Assembly (NCBI RefSeq): GCF_018977255.1
Contig: NW_024704747.1
Coordinates: 22,754,001-22,811,860, forward strand
Direction: 5' to 3'
DNA: 57,860 nt
Source: Callorhinchus milii
Lineage: Eukaryota
Numbering within the stretch: the first letter of the stretch is position 1; every line of letters starts with the position of its first letter. The position numbers and the translations under genes are program-made. Shown here one piece after another: positions 13,355 to 22,500 of this stretch. The notes beneath the pieces were generated by a model. It saw nothing but the letters and a program-made list of their open reading frames with translations, ran no database searches and was not told the DNA's origin.

Positions 13355-14428
13355 TTAGGCTAAAAGTCGCTGGCATTCTTTTTCCATGAGTCCTTTGAAA
13401 ACCTCATAATGATGATTAAGGTCCTTTTTCGTGTGTATTTTATACTTCGTTCCCAGGGCTCCATCAGGAGATGATGTTGCATAAAAGACCCTGTGTATTC
13501 TGGAATGGACCAGCGCCATAGCGCACATCACACAAGGTTCTCTAGAAACATACAGATCATACCCAGTACATATGTAGGGCAAATCTTTTCCACTACCAGG
13601 TGCATTTTGGTGGTCTGAAGGAATCAGAGGTTTACCAATGTCTATTACGTTGTTGTCCTCAGATAAATCTTTTGTGGACACAAAAAGGCAGTTAGGATAT
13701 TTATTATGATCAAAGGCACCGCCACCTTGCCCGTGGGCAACTAAATCAATGCACACCATAACTGCATGAAGCAATGCATTTGGGCCATTTCTGCAGTCGT
13801 GGCCTACCGCAATAATCTGGTTGGTAGCAGGGTCAACGATCACAGCACCTACTGGTTCCATCCCCATTTCCTTTCCTGCTCTTGCTGCTTCAATGGCTTT
13901 TCCCATAAACATCTGCATCTTTGCTTTCTCTTCGGGGTTAAACAACTGGCCTCTGAGGGCTTCGGTCACCTGTTTGTTTTCATGGAAGGCTGTGGGCCAG
14001 TGCTGGCTGGCTGCTTCAAACTGAGGTCTTGTCAATGGTTGTTTAGCTGGTATCGTGACCTGGAAGGGTTGTCCAAGGCTGTTGCAGTCACCCATTCCAC
14101 TAGGCAATAAGTCGATGAGAGACGGTTTTCTGTCTGGTACATCTGCAATACTCGCACTGCTACGCAGACAAATGAGGATTTCCAAAGGATGATCACAGTC
14201 TTTGTCCACGCAAGCTCGAACTCTCTTGATGTGCGGTAGATCATTCAGTGGATAAATATTGGCCATCAATTTAACTAGACGAGAGGTCTCTTTTTTATTA
14301 AAAATGGGGGCTGCATATGCTTCCACCAGCTCAACGTCTCCCGACTTCTCATCTGAAAGAACTGGAATCATCTCCCACGGGAAAGGGTCCATTTCTTCGG
14401 TTCTTCTCCTTTTGCAATGTGGCTCCAT
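13355..14428 (-). CDS. ADAT3: tRNA adenosine-34 deaminase non-catalytic subunit ADAT3 (Tad3), 357 aa, intronless CDS
   Basis: HIKRVR N-terminal motif, HWPTAFH, AVIVDP, pseudo-active-site LHAVMVCID (Val in place of the catalytic Glu of HAE), YICTGYDLYVSREPCVMCAMALVHSRI, LNHHYEVF. Likely acceptor before 14479; AATAAA on the - strand at ~13193-13198. Confidence 0.96.
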   Translation of the reverse strand: MEPHCKRRRTEEMDPFPWEMIPVLSDEKSGDVELVEAYAAPIFNKKETSRLVKLMANIYPLNDLPHIKRVRACVDKDCDHPLEILICLRSSASIADVPDRKPSLIDLLPSGMGDCNSLGQPFQVTIPAKQPLTRPQFEAASQHWPTAFHENKQVTEALRGQLFNPEEKAKMQMFMGKAIEAARAGKEMGMEPVGAVIVDPATNQIIAVGHDCRNGPNALLHAVMVCIDLVAHGQGGGAFDHNKYPNCLFVSTKDLSEDNNVIDIGKPLIPSDHQNAPGSGKDLPYICTGYDLYVSREPCVMCAMALVHSRIHRVFYATSSPDGALGTKYKIHTKKDLNHHYEVFKGLMEKECQRLLA

Positions 14429-15280
14429 TTATACCTTCCACATCAGAATGAAAAGATATATTACTATGAGAGTCACAAGCTAAGCACAACAGGGNAAAAA
14501 AAGATAAGCAGAAACAGGACCCAACTGCAATCTATCCGTTTATAGTTATTCTATTTTTTCATGAGTATAGATAATAAATCAATCATTTACTTCTGGTTTG
14601 GTAATTGTGAGCTAGAGATTCAACCACTTGACTTGAAACTTTTAAGATTTAAATTAAATTGCAATGATTCTTAAGGTTGTCCTCTTCAACATTTTTGTGC
14701 TGGTCCTTTTAAGGCAAAGCTTCAGTTTGCAACGAGAACAATTTACATTTATATAGTGCCTTTCACATTGTGAGGACATCTCAAACCCTTTCACATAGCT
14801 GACTGGGACAAAATTAATGTTTAAGCATATGCTGTGCTCCCAGTCAACAATAACTGTTTAACCAGTTGGTAAAGGGCCTTTTATTTAAAACATTTGAGCT
14901 GTGCAATCTACACATCAATAAATTACAAGGTCTGAAAAGGAAGCCAAGTGTTTCCAAATGGACATTGGACTGCTCTTTAAAAAAATCAGATAGGGAGGAC
15001 ATGATGGTATACAGACTGAGATGTGGGAAACTTACTTTTAAATAAAAGCGACAGACAAGAGAAAGGATTCGACTGAGAAACATTTTATTAATAGTGCTTA
15101 GAAGTTGTGTTCCAGGAGGAGGGTTTTTGTTGTTGTTGTTGTTCACATTTCCACAACAGAGAAAGGATATTAGTAGTTTGGTTTACAAAATAGGTAATAC
15201 AAGCGTTGATCGTTCCATGTTGTTTGGCAGCTAAACTTATTAATCTAAATGTTACAAAATAAACTGCGTGTTCATAACAA

Positions 15281-15390
15281 TAATAATCCTTGCATTTGAT
15301 ACAGCGCCTTTTCAGGTAGTTCAGATGTCTCAAAGCTCTTCTCTGAATATACTGTAAAATGGAGTCACTGTTTATTTGTGGTCGAATGTT
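15281..15390 (-). mobile_element. SINE 3' fragment
   Basis: TAATAATCCTTGCATTTGATACAGCGCC.. is the reverse of the SINE tail. Confidence 0.75.
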
Positions 15391-15769
15391 ACTAATCTTC
15401 ATCAGTATACTTTTGCACTGAGGTTTAAGTGCAGAGTAGCAAAGGTTCGATGGGCCAAATGTGTTACTGTTAAACATGAAATAGACAACAGGGCAAGAAA
15501 AAATAATGCTTTCAGATAGCAACAATCTAATAACAATAAATTCCAGATCATAAATACAGGATTATCCACTACAATTCTTTTCATACACTCTGAAACATGA
15601 AGACATTTCCCGCCTATATCCACAAACTATGTGCAAAATTCTATAAAAGGAGGAACTGCTAAAAACATGTCAGTTATTTCAGTACGTAATTACTTTCAAC
15701 ACTATCTGAATTATAAATTATATTAAAAGCAACGTTAAAGTCCCACTAATCCTAATTCCTCAAAGTTGA

Positions 15770-16050
15770 AGAGCTTCCTCTTCGACCGTGTTTACGGTCA
15801 CCTCCCACCCCAACCCACCCTCGGGGTCAGGCTCCGCTTCTGTTAAGCGCTCCGAGACGCTACGCTACGTGAAGGACACTTTATAAATGCAATTTGTTGT
15901 TGTTTTGTGGGACCCTGCTGTGCGCAATTGGCTGCCACGTTTCGCCCACTAAATATGCAGTCAATTCACTTTGCAGTATATCCTGTGAAGCGCTTTGAGA
16001 CGTCTCGAAGACGTGATAAGGCGCTATATCAAATGCAAGGATTATTATAA
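15770..16050 (+). mobile_element. L2 3' end followed by a 5'-truncated SINE
   Basis: CTTCCTCTTCGACCGTG..AAATGCAATTTGTTGTTG, then GTGGGACCCTGCTGTGCGCAATTGGC..CAAGGATTATT. Confidence 0.8.
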
Positions 16051-17032
16051 TCATTACATTGGTTGTCAGGCTCCTGAAATGACCTGCGTAATGACTGAAA
16101 GGTTCTCACAGTGTTGCTCTCACATGTGGCTAATTCAATGTATATTACACTCACTCACATTGTATCGAGGTACTGTAGCCATTTGCTAACCCCCCCCCAA
16201 AAAAAATAATAATGTTGCATTACGTTTCAAAAGAAAAGCAAACAGTTGCTTGAGGCACAAATGTAAATCATTTAGAGAGAGAGAAAAAAAAATCCCCTGG
16301 AACCAACTTCAGGCAAAATGTGGGTTTAAACATTGGCAGATGATCTGAGATCTGGGACTCACAGTTGCAGCTCTTAACCTGCACCACCTCTTCTGGCAAA
16401 CGATGCAACAGCCCAGTAGACGTCTGAGATTAAATATATTGCATTAAAATGATATTAAAGCAACTGTCTGAAGCATCACCTACCCAACTCCCATCATAGG
16501 ATGTGTAACAACACAATCTGTCCCTCCAACAACCTACTTTCTGAAGCTGCAACTCTCTCTCTCTCTCTCTCTGCACATTCTTCCAACCCCCAAAACTGAC
16601 TCATTTGTTCCAAATAGTCGTCCTCTGTTTCAGATTGAGATGTAGTTCATACTTTTTGTTCTAAAACTTTTTTTTTTAGGTTCATACTTTTTTTTGGGGG
16701 GGGGGGGGGGTGGGTTGGTTCATTTTTATTTTTTTTAAATTTGAGTTCTTTTTTTTAAAAAAAGGAAAGGTCTAAATTCTCGACAGGGTTACTTATTTTA
16801 TTTGAAGCGAGAGGAAAATGTACCTTCGGCTCCACCCCAACATGGTTTTACTTTTGAAGTTGTTTTTTTTATTTGCAGTGTTGACCTTTCACACCAATGA
16901 TAGGACAGAAGTGGGCATTATTAGCTTCAGGCAGTAATTAGTGGAACCGAAATTGTTGCGAGGGGATATGGTGCTTGGGTTTGTGCAGTTTAGCTTATAA
17001 TATTCCCTTTATCTTAAAATAGCTTGGGCGCT

Positions 17033-17195
17033 CAATCCACGACTGTTCGTGGGACACTGCTGTGCACAATTGGCTGCCACGTTTCGCCCACAAAATACGC
17101 AGTCAATTCACTTTACAGTAGTATTCTGTGAAGCGCTTTGAGACGTCTCAACAATGTGAAAAGGCGCCATATCAAATGCAAGTATTACTATTAAT
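17033..17195 (+). mobile_element. 5'-truncated SINE
   Basis: AATCCACGACTGTTCGTGGGACACTGCTGTG..ATCAAATGCAAG. Confidence 0.85.
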
Positions 17196-17469
17196 ACTCA
17201 GACCATATCTGTCAGTAAACTTGCTGTCCTATTGGAGCGATGAGTGCTCTTCTGTTTGTAATTAGTATTTTCAAACATATATATATTGTGATATTGGTTT
17301 TTATACTTTATGAATTTATATGATTCCCCTGGGAGGTTAGCAGTGCAGTGTTTATATTCCAGTGGAATGGCAGAAGATCAATCATGATCTCAGCTAAGTT
17401 GTATTAGAGATACAGTATTTACAAAGCTCTGAAGTGTTTTCAAAGAGATTCCTGAATATGATTATTCGA

Positions 17470-18100
17470 TGAAACTCTGGTCCACGCCTTTATCACCTCA
17501 AGGCTGGACTATGGGAACTCTCTCCTTGCCGGCCTTCCCGGCACCTCCCTCCACAAGCTGCAGGTCATTCAGAACTCTGCAGCTCGTGTACTGTCCCGCA
17601 CCAGACACCGCGACCACATCACTCCCACCCTCGCTCGCCTCCACTGGCTCCCCATCCCCCAGAGGATCGAATTCAAGATCCTCATCCTCACCTACAAGGC
17701 CATTCACGGCCTCGCTCCCTCCTACCTCTCCGACCTACTATCCCCCTACCTACCTGCCCGTACCCTCCGTTCCTCTGGCTCCGGTCTGCTCCACATCCCC
17801 CGCCCCAACCACCCTACCATCGGTGGCCGGGCCTTCAGCCTCTCAGCCCCGAGGCTCTGGAACTCCATCCCCCAGTGCCTTCGCCGCCTCCTCCCTTTCC
17901 TCCTTCAAGGCCGGTCTCAAGACTTTTCTTGAGCCTTCAGCTCCCCTCTCGACTCTCTACCCCCTCCTCGCTCCCTCCCTTCCCTCCCCTCACCCTGACC
18001 ATTTCCCCCTTGCTCGGGTCCTGACCCAACTGTCCAGCGCCTTGGGACGTCCTCCCGACGTGAAAGGCGCTCTATAAATGAAATCTTGTTGTTGTTGTTG
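17470..18100 (+). mobile_element. LINE L2-clade 3' fragment (RT C-terminus, 3'UTR, (TTG)n tail)
   Basis: The frame from 17471 reads [69 protein letters not shown], a classic L2 ORF2 C-terminus. It ends GTGAAAGGCGCTCTATAAATG..TTGTTGTTG. Confidence 0.93.
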
Positions 18101-18591
18101 TATATACTAGCTCACGTTTTATCTAGGTATTGCTCCCCAAACAAAAACGAATGCGAAGGCTAAACCGTCTTAATGCAATACTTGGACATAAGACGCTCCT
18201 AAATCTATCAAAATCGTTTCGATTCTAATGTTTAATCAACCAACATTGACCCAACTTCACATTCCCCTCCAAAACAACCCCCCCCCCCCCAAACGTGGTA
18301 GCATTTTGGAATGGATTCTATTTGGTTCGACTTCTATTTAGATGCAGGTTCAAGACCCACTCCCTCCTTGCCAAAAAACACGTAAGCATGAGTTGTCAGA
18401 TGATGTTGATGTTCTTGCCAGTGTTGTGTGAGCTGACACGTAGCCTTGTTTAACTCTGCACAAAATATTTAGTTTCTCATCAGTACAGTCGGTTGGAATG
18501 GGCACCATTCCAAAGTACTGAGTTGCAGACATAACAAGTGGTGGCAAATGTGTGTGTGTGTGTGTGGGGGGGGGGGGGGAAGGAAACTTAC

Positions 18592-18649
18592 TTCTTTTGA
18601 AAGAAGGACATTGTTAAGAACACAAAGTGCAAAGTAGCTTTTATGTCAA
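18592..18649 (-). other. Putative 58-nt 5'UTR exon of ADAT3
   Basis: Long pyrimidine tract ..TTTTTCTGTGGCTTTAG| and donor AAGAA|GTAAGT on the - strand. Confidence 0.45.
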
Positions 18650-19042
18650 CTAAAGCCACAGAAAAAGCAACAAAAGCAAAGCAAAACATCAAGGAATTAT
18701 ATTTGATTCTGAATGCATCAGTTTATGCTTATGTGCATTGCAGTTCCCTATGCAATGCATTCTGCCCCTGTATGGATTCGACTGCATTAGTTCACTTGTG
18801 CACAGTGTAACCTATTTGAGTTGGCACACAAACACACTCCAAATCACATTAAAACATTACCACCATCTAGTGGACCCCTATTGCATGCGCTTGAACACAA
18901 AAGGAGCAGAATATAGAGCGTAATGCCATAATATATGAATCAATGCAATAGTATGCAATGCAACCCAGGTATGCAATAGTAATATATTATTATCCATGTT
19001 AATAGCTTAGATTAATAGGAGTATTTAAACAATGTTACTCAC

Positions 19043-19517
19043 AACAACAACCTCCAGATACATCAGCGGTGTAAATGCCCCAATACCATCAGAATGAATG
19101 AAACGAATGAACGAACGAACGAATGAATAGCATTTTGCGAAGCAGTTGCATTTCCCTCCCACCCCCACCCCATTTCTTCATTGCATTATTTCTGCAATCG
19201 AGGAAGGAAACTTGCAAAGAGAGGGAGAGAGAGAGAGAGAGAGAGAAAAGAGAGAGAGACACGTTTTCCTCTGGAGGCGGAATGCATTGCAGGGGCGGAA
19301 CTGAAAGGCTGCGGGCAGGGGAGCTGGGGGGAAAGGTTTTGCAGTGGGGGAGAAGGAGGGAGGGGAGGAGGGAGGGAGTGAGAGAGAGAGAGAAGTGGGA
19401 GAGGCTGTGTGTGTGCCGGTGGGGAGAGCGGTAGCGAAGAGCGCTGCTGCAGCAACAGTGTAGCGCGCAGAGGAGAGGCGGTCTCGCGGCTGGAACGTCG
19501 CGCGGCCCGCGGTAGCC
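19043..19517. promoter_or_regulatory. CpG-island promoter of OSGEPL1, probably bidirectional with ADAT3 (putative - strand first exon ending at 19043)
   Basis: CpG-rich from ~19250 to 20250. GGGGCGGAA (~19292), TCTCGCG (~19482), (GA)n 19225-19259. - strand donor GTTGTT|GTGAGT at 19043/19042. Confidence 0.6.
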
Positions 19518-22500
19518 ATGGCGCCCGGGGCCCGAGCTGTCAATCTGGCGGCGGCGCTCGGGCTGGGGGCCGCTCGGGCTGTCGCTCGGGCTGACGCTCG
19601 GGTTGTCACTCGGGCTCGGGCTGACACTCGGGCTGACACTCGGGCTCGGGCTGACACTCGGGTTGTCACTCGGGCTGACACTCGGGCTCGGGCTCGGGCT
19701 CGGCTCCACACTCAGCCCAGGGCTGTCCTGGGCATCGAGACCAGCTGTGACGAGACGGGCGCTGCGGTGGTGGACGAGACGGGCAGAGTCCTGGGCGATG
19801 CGCTGCACTCTCAGAAGCAAACCCACCTCGAGTATGCAATTAAACACCACGCGCGCGCAGGGCTGTGGCGACCGATTCCTTGTTGTTTATTATTGTCGGC
19901 TGTTCCTATTGCCCTGGACTAGTATTGATATTAATAATAATAATAATAATAACAATACTGTTGATGATAATTCACCATGACGACGACGATGGTAGTGGTA
20001 ATCCTTGCAATGCGATTACAGCGCCGTGTCAGGTCGTCCGGAGGTCTCGAAGGCGCTTTGCGCGGGGGCGCCGGCGAGACGTGAATTGGCTGTACGCGCT
20101 GGCGCGGGGGGAACGCGGCGGTCAATCGGGCCCGGCCGCCCGGCCACCCGGCCGCCCGCCCGCGAACCCCGATAGCCCTCGCGTTTGGTACAGCGGGAGC
20201 CTGATCCCGTCTCCCGCGGATTCGCTGGAGAGTGCGGAGGTCTCGCGGGGTTTGCATTGGAGACAAACCGCCGGAATTGGAATCTGGCAGATTTATTCTC
20301 TCAACTCGTTCTAACATTGACCGATTTCTCCTGTGTATCCCACGCTATCCTTCTCCGCCTGATGTCTTGCAGTTGCAATGAAGTCCAGCCACAGGTGGAG
20401 TCCTGTAGCTCAGCGGTTAGAGCACTCGCTTTGCAAGCGAGACACCTGGGTTCAATTCCAGGCACAGGGCGAAACCTTGGGCAAGTTTCCTTACTCCACA
20501 CAGAGCCTAATAATAATCCCTCCAAAACCCAAAACAATAATAAATTGGTCATTTTCAATCTACGACTGTTTGTGGGACATTGCTGTGCGCAATTGGCTGC
20601 CGCGTTCGCCCACAAATATACAGTCAATTCACTTTACAGTGTATTCTGTGAAGCGCTTTGAGACGTCGAGAAGATGTGAAAAGCGCTATATCAAATGCAA
20701 GGATTATTATTATTATAATATGCCCACACAGGCAATAGTACACTGTACAACATCATGTGCACAGGCACGCTGGTTGAGACAATGATGTTAGATTTGCCAC
20801 ATTGGATAAACCCCAGAATAGTTTCTGCTTGTTCCGTGGTTAGGAAACTTTAATGCAAAGTTCCTCCAATGTCAAATTATAACTCAATTTAATTTCAAAC
20901 ACTTCCTTTGCTCCACCAACTCTGGCCTGGCTTCATGCCCCCCGTGTGCTCTGCCCTGCAATCAATACAAGAGCTTTCAGACTGTTCTCTGCCCCACTCT
21001 CTGGAACTTCTCCATCTTCTTCCAGCAGTGGTTTTAAAACTAATGGTGACTAAAAGCATGGTTAGCAATCAAATGTTAAGTTGGTTGTTGCCAATAATAA
21101 TAATCCTTGCATTTGATATAGCGTCTTATCATGTCTTTGAAAGCGCTTCTCAGAATATACTGTAAAGTGAATTGACTGTCTCTATGCGAAACTTGGCAGC
21201 CGATTGTGCACAGCAGTGTCCCACAGCCGTAGATTGAGTGACAAAATTATACGGTTTAATTTACTTGCAGCAGATGCTGGTTTGCAATTGTGTTTGGTGT
21301 ATTTTGTTTTACTATAGGGCTGGTGGTATAATTCCACCAGTGGCTGGGAGGCTACACAAAGAGAACATTGAAAGAGTGGTGCAAGAAGCTGTGGAAAAGA
21401 GTGGTGTACCTCTTCAGGAACTAACAGCAATAGCAACTACCGTAAAACCCGGACTTGCATTTAGCTTGGAAGTGGGGCTAACGTACAGCTTAAATCTTGT
21501 GCAGCAATATAAGAGACCCTTTATTCCAATTCACCATATGGAGGCACATGCATTAACTGTTAGAATGCTACATTCAGTGGAATTTCCTTTCCTGGTCCTC
21601 TTGGTTTCTGGTGGCCACTGTTTGCTGGCAGTTGCTCGTGGGGTGTCAGATTTTCTTCTCCTCGGGCAGTCACTGGATGAAGCCCCTGGAGACACTTTAG
21701 ATAAGGTAAGTATAGAGCTAAACTTTAAAACTGGCTTTGAACAAACAAAAAAAAACTTTTACTGTAACTTTAAAGTTCTTTATCCATTTATCGTGTTACA
21801 GAGCATGTATTACCAAGCCTTTTATTACATATAAAACTTTTTAAAAAATTAAATATGCACTTACTAATTTGAGAGGACATGCAACATCTTGCCAGATTAT
21901 GTTCTTCATTAATTTAGAATATTTAACATTTGGTTGTCTTACACTTTATTCACTTACGTCAATGTGTAAAGTGAAAGAGGCATTTTAAGAGATATCCTGT
22001 ATGTAGAATTGTCGAAACATCAACTCTAATGAATATTATTTAAATTTACCATACGTAATATCCAACTAGGTACAATTAGTACCCATTGGTTCATTTATTG
22101 CTTAGGTAAATATTTTTATTTTATATATTTATATGCCCTGTTACAATTTCTTATGGAAAGTGCAGTAATAATTTGACTTATAAACTACTGCAAAAAATTT
22201 ATATGAAACATGATCTCCCTGGTGTAAAATTGTCCTTAACCCATTTTGAACTCATGGCACCCAAATATACTTTAACTTGTCTATCTTACAATCTAGAAAG
22301 TACTAGCAATATTGTTTGTTTAGCATCAGTCATTTACACTATAATGATCTTCATCCCGCAGGTTGCAAGAAGATTATCACTGAAGAATCACCCAGATTGC
22401 TCTACAATGAGTGGTGGAGAAGCCATTGAGCACTTGTCAAAAAGTGGAGACCGGCTGAATATTACTCTAAAGATTCCTATGAGCCAGCGCCCAGACTGCA

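Noticed and set aside
17469-18077. 202-aa Ser/Pro-rich ORF
   Set aside because: It is an alternative frame of an L2 fragment; the RT-like frame is a different one.
19089-19850. 253-aa antisense ORF with SPSVS repeats
   Set aside because: It is the shadow of GC-rich OSGEPL1 exon 1, its minisatellite and the GA microsatellite.
20395-20470. tRNA-like sequence with a TGC loop (also at 2748, 12576 and 43690-43762)
   Set aside because: It is the Pol III head of a SINE: it runs directly into the SINE body and has an imperfect acceptor stem.
20185-20785. Recurrent ORFs ending [10 protein letters not shown] or starting MTVYL
   Set aside because: These are translations of the SINE consensus, repeated throughout the window.
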